16,041 bases of DNA from the NCBI GenBank assembly GCA_041492755.1, contig JBGPXN010000098.1:1-16041 (forward strand). The letters run 5' to 3'. Below, in pieces: positions 1 to 7,598 of the stretch. The DNA is from Candidatus Methylomirabilia bacterium (GTDB lineage Bacteria > Methylomirabilota > Methylomirabilia > Rokubacteriales > CSP1-6). How positions within the stretch are numbered: position 1 is the first letter of the stretch; each line of letters begins with the position of its first letter. The notes below the pieces were generated by a model, which saw nothing but the letters and a program-made list of their open reading frames with translations, was not told the DNA's origin and did no database searches. The position numbers were made by a program, and so were the translations under genes.

Positions 1-1515
1 CAATTGATGCAGGCCGGCCGCACCATCAGCGTGAGCGGGCTGCTCGAGCCGCCGCTCTGCGCAGTGCTCGCGTGGCTGCTCTTCGCCGGCATCACCACCG
101 CCGATCCCGGCCGCTTCGACCGGCTGTACGTCGCGGTGGCGCTCAGCCTGTCGTCGACGTTGATCGTGGTGAAGCTGCTCTACGACAAGCAGGAGATGAG
201 CACGTTCGGCGGCCGCGTCACCGTCGGCATCCTGGTCTTTCAGGATCTGTGGGCCATCGGCTTCCTGGCGCTGCAGCCGAACCTGGACAACCTGCAGCCG
301 GCGCCACTGCTGCGCTCGCTGGCGCTCGGCGCCGCGCTCGTCTTCGCCGCCATCCTCATGTCCAAGTACGTGCTCTCCACCCTGTTCCGCGCCATCGCGA
401 CCTCGACCGAGCTCATGCTGGTGACCTCCATGGCGTGGTGCTTCCTGGTGGCGGCGGTGGCCGCGCGCGCGGGTCTGTCCACGGCCATGGGGGCGCTGGT
501 GGCGGGGATGGTGATCGCCGCGTTTCCCTACGGCACCGAGGTCATCTCGCGTCTGTCCGGCGTTCGCGACTTCTTCATCACGCTGTTCTTCGTCGCCCTT
601 GGTTTGCAGATCCCGTGGCCGTCGACGCGCTTGCTCCTGCTGGCGGTGGTGGCGTCGGTGTTCGTGGTCCTGAGCCGGTTCCTGGTCGTCTATCCGATCT
701 TCGCGTTCCTGCGACTGGATCTGCGCACCGCCGGCGTCACCGCCGTCAACCTCGCGCAGGTCAGCGAGTTCTCGCTGGTGATCGTCGCCCTCGGCACGGA
801 CTACGGCCACGTCGGACCCGAGGTGGCGCCGCTCGTGCTCTACACCTTGCTCCTGACGTCACTGATCTCGACGTATGGCATCCGCGGGAACCACGAGATC
901 GCCACCGCGATCGCGCGGCTCCTGTCGCGCGCGGGCGCGCCGGCCTGGCTCGCCGACCGCGCGCGGGCCGCGCCGCCTGCCGAAAGCGCGCCGTCGCCGC
1001 AGGGGCGGAAGGTGTTCCTCCTCGGCGTGTCCCGGGAGGGGCTCGCGTTCCTGCAGCATCTCGAGCGCGAGCGCCCGGAGATGAAGCGGCGGATCGTCGC
1101 CATCGACTTCAATCCCGAGACGCTCGAACGGCTCCAAGCCGACGGCGTCGAATGCCACTACGGTGACATCGCCAACGTCGAGATGCTGCGGCACGCACAC
1201 ATTGCGGAGGCCGGTGTCGTGGTGTCGGCATTGTCGGACTGGGTGCTGAAGGGAACGACCAACTCCACGCTGCTGCGCCTGATCCGCGGGCTGGCGCCTT
1301 CGGTTGACGTCATCGTCACTGCCGACACGCTGGCCGGGGCCGAGCGACTCTATTCGGAGGGCGCGGATTACGTTCTGATTCCTCCCGCGCTCGCCGCCGA
1401 GCACCTCTATGACTTGTTGCGCGACGAGTCGCCGGCCGCTCTTCGCGCTGCCCGGCGCCGGCAGGCGGCCGAGCTCTTCGACCGTTCGCGTGGCGCGGCG
1501 ACCCAGGACGGCTAG
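1..1515 (+). CDS. CPA2-family cation:proton antiporter (Kef/YbaL-like) with C-terminal RCK/TrkA-N domain; 5'-truncated by the window edge
   Basis: Frame is open from base 1. Many TM helices; CPA2 motifs SLSSTLIVVKLL, GILVFQDL, RDFFITLFFVALG, LAQVSEFSLVI; RCK-like tail (IVAIDFNPE, YGD, GADYVLIP). Confidence 0.9.
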   Translation, partial: QLMQAGRTISVSGLLEPPLCAVLAWLLFAGITTADPGRFDRLYVAVALSLSSTLIVVKLLYDKQEMSTFGGRVTVGILVFQDLWAIGFLALQPNLDNLQPAPLLRSLALGAALVFAAILMSKYVLSTLFRAIATSTELMLVTSMAWCFLVAAVAARAGLSTAMGALVAGMVIAAFPYGTEVISRLSGVRDFFITLFFVALGLQIPWPSTRLLLLAVVASVFVVLSRFLVVYPIFAFLRLDLRTAGVTAVNLAQVSEFSLVIVALGTDYGHVGPEVAPLVLYTLLLTSLISTYGIRGNHEIATAIARLLSRAGAPAWLADRARAAPPAESAPSPQGRKVFLLGVSREGLAFLQHLERERPEMKRRIVAIDFNPETLERLQADGVECHYGDIANVEMLRHAHIAEAGVVVSALSDWVLKGTTNSTLLRLIRGLAPSVDVIVTADTLAGAERLYSEGADYVLIPPALAAEHLYDLLRDESPAALRAARRRQAAELFDRSRGAATQDG

Positions 1516-1535
1516 TCTAGGCTCAGCCTAGGCTC
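1512..1535. repeat. Short palindrome and CTAG cluster after the antiporter stop
   Basis: Perfect palindrome ctaggct-c-agcctag (1517-1531); ctaggctc repeated at 1517 and 1528; CTAG at 1512, 1517 and 1528. Confidence 0.6.
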
Positions 1536-1554
1536 GTGTCGGAGTAAACGGAGA

Positions 1555-1631
1555 TCGAGGAGCGCCCCGGGGGCCCCGGGGCGCTTCCGAGCGCTCGGGG
1601 GGCATGGGGGGCCATATCGGGGCCCCCATGT
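1555..1631. repeat. Dispersed double-hairpin (REP/MITE-like) element, family A, copy 1
   Basis: tcgaggagcg...ggggcgct..ccgagcg..gggggg.atggggggccat.tcggggccccc(c)atgt aligns end to end with 9497-9572. 11-bp stem at 1561-1585; second stem at 1603-1630. Confidence 0.85.
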
Positions 1632-1694
1632 CACCAGTCCCATTCGGGCCAAGCTGTCATCTTAGCTGCCGGGCTTGGGTTGCCCGCCGAGATT

Positions 1695-1710
1695 TGGCAC
1701 TCGCTCCGCA
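1695..1710 (+). promoter_or_regulatory. Putative sigma54 (-24/-12) promoter, distal
   Basis: TGGCACTCGCTCCGCA has the exact GG-N10-GC spacing; the TT before GC is not conserved. Confidence 0.4.
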
Positions 1711-1753
1711 GCCCAAATAGGTGGAATTCCTGCCATCGATGCCCCAGAATGCA

Positions 1754-1769
1754 TGGCATCCAGCGTGCA
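1754..1769 (+). promoter_or_regulatory. Putative sigma54 (-24/-12) promoter, proximal
   Basis: TGGCATCCAGCGTGCA matches TGGCA-N7-TGCA, about 60 nt upstream of the first pilin start. Confidence 0.55.
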
Positions 1770-1830
1770 CTTCCCGGCGGAACCTTTTGCAGACATGACT
1801 ACGTCGAACGGCTTCAGAGGAGTTGTCACA

Positions 1831-2268
1831 GTGCGACGCTGGCATTTCGCGTCCGAGGCAGGCTTCACGTTGGCGGAAACGCTGACCGCCGTGACGGTGC
1901 TGACGGTCGCTCTGGTCGCCCTGCTCTTCGCGACCGGCTTCGGGGTGACCGGACTCGACGGCGCGCGGCGGTCGACCGCAGCGCTCTTTCTGGCCGAACG
2001 GCGCATGGAGCAAATCAAGGCATTTGCGATGAGCGACGCGGCCACCCGGGGCTGGGCCAACGTGACGGCGGCCAACTTCCCCGCCGAAGCCTACGCAAGC
2101 ATTCCGAGCTATGGGGATTACCGGCGCGCCGTCATCATCACCGACAATCCCGGCGGCGCGGCGAACACCAAGCAGATCGAAGTCTTCGTCTTCTACCGTC
2201 CCGTCAGCACGACCGGAGTGGGCGGGGAAACATCGGTGTCGGTGTCCACCCTCCTGGTGTTTCGATGA
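1831..2268 (+). CDS. pilV: Type IV minor pilin, PilV-like (145 aa)
   Basis: GTG at 1831 with GAGGAG at 1817-1822 (alternative ATG at 1795). Class III signal MRRWHFASEAG|FTLAE with Glu5, a hydrophobic helix, then ALFLAERRMEQIK. Confidence 0.8.
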   Translation: MRRWHFASEAGFTLAETLTAVTVLTVALVALLFATGFGVTGLDGARRSTAALFLAERRMEQIKAFAMSDAATRGWANVTAANFPAEAYASIPSYGDYRRAVIITDNPGGAANTKQIEVFVFYRPVSTTGVGGETSVSVSTLLVFR

Positions 2269-2870
2269 GGCTGCGCGTGCGCGGTGCCGCCGGCTTCACG
2301 CTCGTCGAGCTGCTGGTGGCCATGGCCGTGGCGTCGATCGTACTCGTCGGCGCCGGACTCGCATTTCAGTTCGCGGCCGGCACTCTGGCCTCGGGATCGG
2401 ATCAGGCGGACGTTCAGCAGAATGCGCGCTGGGTCCTCGAACGGATGGTGCAAGAGATCCGGGGGGCGGGCTACGATCCGCGCGCCACCCTGGGCGGTGG
2501 CACCTTCGCCGCGCTCACCAGCGCGACGGCCACGAGTCTCATCATGCAATCCGACTACAACGGAAACGGTGTGCCCGGCGAGGCCCAGGCCGGGCCCTGC
2601 GACGTCACGACGACGACGGAGAACGTCGGGTACCGGCTGGTGGGCGACCAGCTCCGCCGTTCCACGGATCCGCCGGCCTATACCTGCGAGACGCCCCTTG
2701 TGAACGGCGTGACCTCGCTGGCGTTCACCTACTACGATGCCGACGACAACGTGACGGCGACCGCTGCTGCGGTCAGGACGGTCGAAATCACCCTCACCCT
2801 CAACTCCACAACGGGTGGGGCGGAACGGAAGGCCACCGTGGCCGACCGGATCCGCCTCCGGAACCGGTAG
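2265..2870 (+). CDS. pilW: Type IV minor pilin, PilW-like (201 aa)
   Basis: ATGA overlap with the previous stop. MRLRVRGAAG|FTLVELLVAM; QQNARWVLERMVQEIRGAGY is typical of PilW/GspJ; two Cys. Confidence 0.85.
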   Translation: MRLRVRGAAGFTLVELLVAMAVASIVLVGAGLAFQFAAGTLASGSDQADVQQNARWVLERMVQEIRGAGYDPRATLGGGTFAALTSATATSLIMQSDYNGNGVPGEAQAGPCDVTTTTENVGYRLVGDQLRRSTDPPAYTCETPLVNGVTSLAFTYYDADDNVTATAAAVRTVEITLTLNSTTGGAERKATVADRIRLRNR

Positions 2871-2876
2871 GCAGCC

Positions 2877-4190
2877 ATGCGCGACGAAAAAGGTATCGTG
2901 CTGCCCCTCACGCTGCTGATGATGGTCGCCTTGACCGCGCTCGCCATCGGACTGGTGTCGGTGGCCGCGTTCGAGCCCGTCATCTCCAAGAACCTGGCGG
3001 ATACCACGCAGGCCCGGTTCGCAGCGGAAGCGGGCGTCGAGTGGGCGTTCAACCAGATCGCTCCGCAGGACAACTGGAGCACGTTCCTCTCGGGGGCCGG
3101 CGTCAACGGGGTCACCATGACGACCGGGACGTCGATGGGCACGCTCGGGGCGGCGCGGGGCACGTTCACCGTGATGGTCCGGAATGACACGCTGGCCGGG
3201 GACACGGCCATCACCGGTGTTCCGCCCGAGGCCAGCGCGACCGTCGACGCCAACAAGGTCCTCATCTTGACGTCCACGGGCGGTGTCGGAACCTCGCTCA
3301 AGGGTGTGCGGGCCGTGCTCAAGAAGGCGACCTTTCCGGGCAACGGCCGGCCGCCCGGAGCCCTGAACTTCCCCGGCAACGAGGCGCAGGCCGCCTTTAC
3401 CGCCGACAACTTCGCGGTCGACGGCCGCGGCTACAGGATGGACGGGAGCCTGGATGCCGGCTGCGCCGACCACTGGGGGATCGCGGTCTCGAGCACGCTG
3501 CCTACCACCAACCCGGGCGCCAACGAGTCGGTGGTGCAGAACGCGCTGTCGACGAGCAATCCCAACCAGAAGGACAACGTCTTCGGCAAGAAGCAGAACC
3601 CCTTGCAGGCGGGGCAGGGCGACAACACCATCGCGTCCGACGCCGGCCTCAATCCGACCAACATTCAGAATTTCATCGATCAGGCCAAGAACGCGGCCGA
3701 CATCACGCTCACGAGCGCTCAGCCGAGCGGCCTGACCATGGGGAGCATCGGCGGGTCCTCCAACTGCGCCAACTGGGCGAGCCAGAACTGCTGGGGCACC
3801 CAGGCCCAGCCGAAGATCGTCTATATCAAAGGTGATCCGGATCCAACGTCGAATTTCAATGCGCTACGGCTCAATGGCCCGACGACCGGCTACGGCATCC
3901 TCATCGTGGAAGACGGCGACGTTCGCGTCTACGGCAACCTCAACTGGTACGGCATCATCATCGTGACCGGCCAGTACGTGGGCATCGGATTTCTGGGCAC
4001 GACGAGCGAAACCCAGAACGTGTACGGTTCCGTCATCTCGAACGAGACGCGGAGCGACCCGGGCTATTTCGAGGGCGTGCTGCAGGGGAACGCGAAGATT
4101 CGCTACAGCTGCGAGGCGCTCGACAACGCGTTCAACAACCGCAAGCTGACGGCCATCGTTGGGTGGAAGGATCTTGCGCCCGGTGAATAA
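2877..4190 (+). CDS. pilX: Large PilX-like minor pilin (437 aa) with extended Asn/Gly-rich C-terminal domain
   Basis: MRDEKG|IVLPLTLL lacks Glu5, as PilX/GspK do; ARFAAEAGVEWA PilX N-terminal motif; 4 Cys; repetitive beta-strand pattern in the last ~130 aa. Confidence 0.8.
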   Translation: MRDEKGIVLPLTLLMMVALTALAIGLVSVAAFEPVISKNLADTTQARFAAEAGVEWAFNQIAPQDNWSTFLSGAGVNGVTMTTGTSMGTLGAARGTFTVMVRNDTLAGDTAITGVPPEASATVDANKVLILTSTGGVGTSLKGVRAVLKKATFPGNGRPPGALNFPGNEAQAAFTADNFAVDGRGYRMDGSLDAGCADHWGIAVSSTLPTTNPGANESVVQNALSTSNPNQKDNVFGKKQNPLQAGQGDNTIASDAGLNPTNIQNFIDQAKNAADITLTSAQPSGLTMGSIGGSSNCANWASQNCWGTQAQPKIVYIKGDPDPTSNFNALRLNGPTTGYGILIVEDGDVRVYGNLNWYGIIIVTGQYVGIGFLGTTSETQNVYGSVISNETRSDPGYFEGVLQGNAKIRYSCEALDNAFNNRKLTAIVGWKDLAPGE

Positions 4191-4926
4191 GGCTCTGGCC
4201 TTCGCGGTTCTCGTCGTCGTCGCCGCCGGATGCCGGCAAGCGCCGCCGGGACCTCCCTCGCCGCCGCGGACGGAGCTGTCGCCGACCTTCGCCGCGCTCC
4301 GCGCCGGAGGTGACGCCCGCCTTGTCGCAAAAGACTGGACGGGCGCAGCCCTGGCCTACGACCAGGCGCTCGTGTACCAGCCGTCGAACGTCGCGGTACG
4401 ATACGGCCGCGCGATCGCGCTCTCGCATCTCGATCGCCGGGACGAAGCGGTCACTGCATTCTTGTGGGTCGTCGACAACGCGCCGTTGACCAGCGAGGAG
4501 TCGCGGGTGGCGCGGCAGTGGCTCGTTTCCGCCGGGGTACGGACGATGCCGGCGCCGAAGATCCCCGTCCCCGAGCCCGCCGCCCCGGAGCGCGCCGACG
4601 CGCCGCGTCCGGGCGGGCGCGTGCAGGGCAAGACGCAGTGGACGGAGCTCGAGCGTGGGGCGCAGCGCCTGACGCTTCAGATCCTGATGGAAGGCGACGA
4701 AACGGTGACCGAGGGCCGCTACTACGGGACCCGGATACGCCTGAACGAGCCCTACGAGATTACCGGCATCGCGCCCGGCCGCTATCGCCTCAGCGCCCAG
4801 GTCGGCCCGATCAGGCTCTGGGACACGAAGATCGTCGTCAACGAGGGCAATCCCACGGTACTCGACCTGACGCCCGCCACCAGCACCGCCCCCGCCAACG
4901 CCTTGCGGCCGGGCGGCGCGTCGTAG
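4183..4926 (+). CDS. Putative lipoprotein with TPR-like helices, Pro-rich linker and C-terminal beta-sandwich (247 aa)
   Basis: GTG overlaps the pilX stop. Signal MNKALAFAVLVVVAAG|C with lipobox; TPR-like AALAYDQALVYQPSNVAVRYGRAIALSHL; YEITGIAPGRYRLSA resembles carboxypeptidase-regulatory-like domains. Confidence 0.75.
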   Translation: MNKALAFAVLVVVAAGCRQAPPGPPSPPRTELSPTFAALRAGGDARLVAKDWTGAALAYDQALVYQPSNVAVRYGRAIALSHLDRRDEAVTAFLWVVDNAPLTSEESRVARQWLVSAGVRTMPAPKIPVPEPAAPERADAPRPGGRVQGKTQWTELERGAQRLTLQILMEGDETVTEGRYYGTRIRLNEPYEITGIAPGRYRLSAQVGPIRLWDTKIVVNEGNPTVLDLTPATSTAPANALRPGGAS

Positions 4927-4958
4927 CCGCTTCCCGGCCCCCCCTTTACCCGTCCGCG

Positions 4959-5069
4959 TTACCGCTTCTGCGACGCGTCGGCCACCGCGTTGCGAAACGC
5001 GTCGATCTGGGCGGGCAGGCCGGACACCCGCGGTCCCGGGGTGAGCGGGCTGACGAGAAGGCCGAGGGC
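4959..5069 (-). pseudogene. Possible orphan 3' fragment of a lost gene
   Basis: 36 codons (ALGLLVSPLTPGPRVSGLPAQIDAFRNAVADASQKR) ending in TAA; 33/36 end in G/C; no convincing start or RBS. Confidence 0.3.
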
Positions 5070-5098
5070 GCCGCGACTCCGACGCTTCGGAGCCGAGC

Positions 5099-6127
5099 CT
5101 ACGACCGGCCCGTCAGCTCTTTTCGCACGAGGGCGGCCCCGGCGGCGAGGCCACGGAGCTTCTGGTTGCACATGTAGCGCGGGCTCCAGCCGAAGCCGCA
5201 GTCGGGGTTCACGGTGAGCTTCTCGGCCGGACACACCTCGAGCACGCGCCGGATGCGCTGGGCAACCTCTTCGCCGGTATCGGGATGGAACCCCTTCACG
5301 TCGATCACGCCGGCGCCGAGCTCGCGGCCGTCGCCGTGCTTCTTCCAGAGATCGACCTCGGACATCTCGCGGCCCGCGAACTCGAGCACGAACTGATCGG
5401 CGCGCGCCGTGAGCGCGCCCGGGAAGTAGGGAGCATAGCTGCGCGGGAAGCGCGAGCGACCGAAGCGATTCCCGAAACAGATGTGGAACCCGAGCCGGGC
5501 CTTCACGCCCTCGGTGGCCATGTTGAACAGGCGCGCCATCTCCTCGCCGCTGACGTTGCCGCGCGCCGGCTCGTCGATCTGGATCCAGTCGGCCCCCGCC
5601 GCCACCAGCGCCTTCAGCTCCTGGTTGATGACTTCGGCGAACCGCTCCGCCACGTCGACGACGCCGTTGTAGACGGCGCCGGGATGGATGCGGGAGCCGA
5701 ACGTGAGCGGCCCCGCACAGGTGGCCTTGACGGCGTGGCGCGTGTTCGCGCGCAGGAATTCGAACTCCTTCACGATGCCGAGGCCGCCCGCCGGCGTCTC
5801 GATGCGGCCCACCGCTTGGTAGCGGGTCTGCTGGTCGTAGCCCCACGGACCCGCCTTCCGCCGGACGGGCAGGGGCTGGATGCCCTGGATGATGGCGTAG
5901 TAGGAGTCGACGTAGCCGTCGAGCCGGCGGACCTCGCCGTCGGTGATGACGTCGATGCCGGCCGTCTCCATGTCGCGGATGGCGGCGTGCGCGGCGTCGT
6001 CGAACGTCTCCTCGAGGTCGGCGGGACCGAATTCGTCGCGCGCCAGCGCCTTCACGGCCGCGAACCACCAGCCCGGCTTGCCGTGCGAGCCGACCACCGA
6101 CGACGGAATGAGCGGGAGTGAAGCCAT
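5099..6127 (-). CDS. Single-barrel cobalamin-independent methionine synthase II family (MetE C-terminal-like) Zn enzyme, paralog B (342 aa)
   Basis: ATG at 6127 overlaps the livF stop (TGATG). VVGS, ITDGEVRR, IQIDEP; Zn ligands HICFGN, VLEFA, NPDCGF. Confidence 0.9.
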   Translation of the reverse strand: MASLPLIPSSVVGSHGKPGWWFAAVKALARDEFGPADLEETFDDAAHAAIRDMETAGIDVITDGEVRRLDGYVDSYYAIIQGIQPLPVRRKAGPWGYDQQTRYQAVGRIETPAGGLGIVKEFEFLRANTRHAVKATCAGPLTFGSRIHPGAVYNGVVDVAERFAEVINQELKALVAAGADWIQIDEPARGNVSGEEMARLFNMATEGVKARLGFHICFGNRFGRSRFPRSYAPYFPGALTARADQFVLEFAGREMSEVDLWKKHGDGRELGAGVIDVKGFHPDTGEEVAQRIRRVLEVCPAEKLTVNPDCGFGWSPRYMCNQKLRGLAAGAALVRKELTGRS

Positions 6128-6837
6128 CAGCCTGATCCTCCTCCGATGATGCGCCGGACCACGGGGTCGCGGTCGGCGTCCTGACGGGTCCCCGCGAACA
6201 CGATCTCGCCGCGCTCGATGACGTAGAGCCGGCTCGCGAACTCGGGCACGTGGTGAATGTTCGACTCGGCGAGTAGGATGCTGTGGCCGAGCCGGGTGAT
6301 CGCGGCAATACTGTCGGTGATGGCCGGGATGATCACCGGCGACAGCCCCTCGAACGGCTCGTCGAGAAGCAGCATCTCGGGATCGAGGGCGAGCGCCCGC
6401 GCGATCGAGAGCATCTTCCGCTCGCCCCCCGAGATCTGCGTGCCGCCGCGCCCGGCGTACGCGCGGAGCCGGGGAAACACCTCGTACGCGCGCTCCACGC
6501 GCTCGCGCGCGGAGCGGTCCGACGGCCGCGTCCACGTCGGGAGCTCGATGTTCTCGGCGACGGTGAGGTTGGCGAAGATCCCGCTCTCCTCCGGGGCGAA
6601 GCCCAGGCCCAGCATCGCGATCTCGTGCGTCCGCCGGCCGTCGATCCGCGCGTCCTTGAAGCGGATCGCGCCCGCGCGCGGCCGGAGGTAGCCCATGATC
6701 GTGCGCAGGGTCGTCGTCTTGCCGGCGCCGTTGCGACCCACCAGCGCCACCACTTCGCGCTCACCGACCTCCAGCGACAGCCTGCGCAGGATGTGGCTCG
6801 CCTGGATGTACACGTCGATATCGGTGACGCTCAGCAT
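6127..6837 (-). CDS. livF: HAAT-family ABC transporter ATP-binding protein, LivF-like
   Basis: Walker A GRNGAGKTT, signature ISGGERKML, Walker B LLLDEPFEGL. Confidence 0.9.
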   Translation of the reverse strand: MLSVTDIDVYIQASHILRRLSLEVGEREVVALVGRNGAGKTTTLRTIMGYLRPRAGAIRFKDARIDGRRTHEIAMLGLGFAPEESGIFANLTVAENIELPTWTRPSDRSARERVERAYEVFPRLRAYAGRGGTQISGGERKMLSIARALALDPEMLLLDEPFEGLSPVIIPAITDSIAAITRLGHSILLAESNIHHVPEFASRLYVIERGEIVFAGTRQDADRDPVVRRIIGGGSG

Positions 6838-6839
6838 GG

Positions 6840-7598
6840 TCAGGGCCCGGCCGCCTTTCGCCCGAGGACGGTGTCCACCACCCGCGCGTCGGCGCGGATG
6901 GCGGCCGGGGTGGCGTCGGCGAGCACACGCCCCTGGTGGAGCGCGATGATCCGGTCGGAGTAGGCAAACACGATATCCATATCGTGCTCGACCAGGATGA
7001 TGGCCTGCAGCCCCATGCGCTTGGAGGCCGTCACCATGGTCTCCATGATCGCGTTCTTGTCCGCCGTGCTCACGCCGCTGGTCGGCTCGTCGAGCAGGAT
7101 GATCGCCGGGCGCAACGCGAAGGCGGAGGCGACGTCGAGCAGCTTCTTGTCGCCCTGGGCCAGGTGGCGCGAGAGGGTGTGCGCGCGGGCGGCCAACCCG
7201 AACAACTCGGCAACCTCCTCGGCGCCCTCGCGGACTTCGCGATCGCCGGCGAGCGAGGCGAACATGCGCGTGCCCCTCCCCAGCCGCGACAGCCCGGCCA
7301 CCTGCAGGGTCTCGAGCACGGTCAGGTCGGGAAAGATCTGCACGAGCTGAAAGCTCCGCGCCATGCCGAGCCGGGCCAGCCGCACCGGGCCGATGCCGGC
7401 GATGTCGCGGTTCCGGAAGACGACCGTCCCGGCGCTCGGCGCGACGCCGCCGGTGAGCACGTTGATCAGGGTCGACTTGCCGGCGCCGTTGGGGCCGATG
7501 ATCGAGACGAACTCGCCGGCGTCGACGGCGAGGCTCACGCCGTCCAGCGCGCAGAAGGCGCCGTAGAACTTGCGCACGTTGTCGGCGCGGAGGATCAC
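6840..7598 (-). CDS. livG: HAAT-family ABC transporter ATP-binding protein, LivG-like
   Basis: GPNGAGKST, ARSFQ, ILLDEPTSG, LVEHDMD; GTGA overlap with the upstream permease. Confidence 0.9.
   Translation of the reverse strand: MILRADNVRKFYGAFCALDGVSLAVDAGEFVSIIGPNGAGKSTLINVLTGGVAPSAGTVVFRNRDIAGIGPVRLARLGMARSFQLVQIFPDLTVLETLQVAGLSRLGRGTRMFASLAGDREVREGAEEVAELFGLAARAHTLSRHLAQGDKKLLDVASAFALRPAIILLDEPTSGVSTADKNAIMETMVTASKRMGLQAIILVEHDMDIVFAYSDRIIALHQGRVLADATPAAIRADARVVDTVLGRKAAGP

Noticed and set aside
1775..1791. Third sigma54 site (cggcggaaccttttgca)
   Set aside because: GG to GC spacing is off by one base.
1675..2264. Long N-terminal extensions of the pilV and pilW ORFs in the ORF track
   Set aside because: Prepilin leaders are short; the RBS at 1817-1822 and the ATGA overlap at 2265 give better starts.
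4927..4958. Intrinsic terminator after the lipoprotein gene
   Set aside because: C-rich run with a short ttt but no convincing stem.
6128..6535. N-terminal extension of paralog B (similarly 12066-12128 for paralog A and 13361-13459 for the signalling gene)
   Set aside because: These overlap upstream genes or promoters; both paralogs align from SLPLIP, right at the coupled starts.
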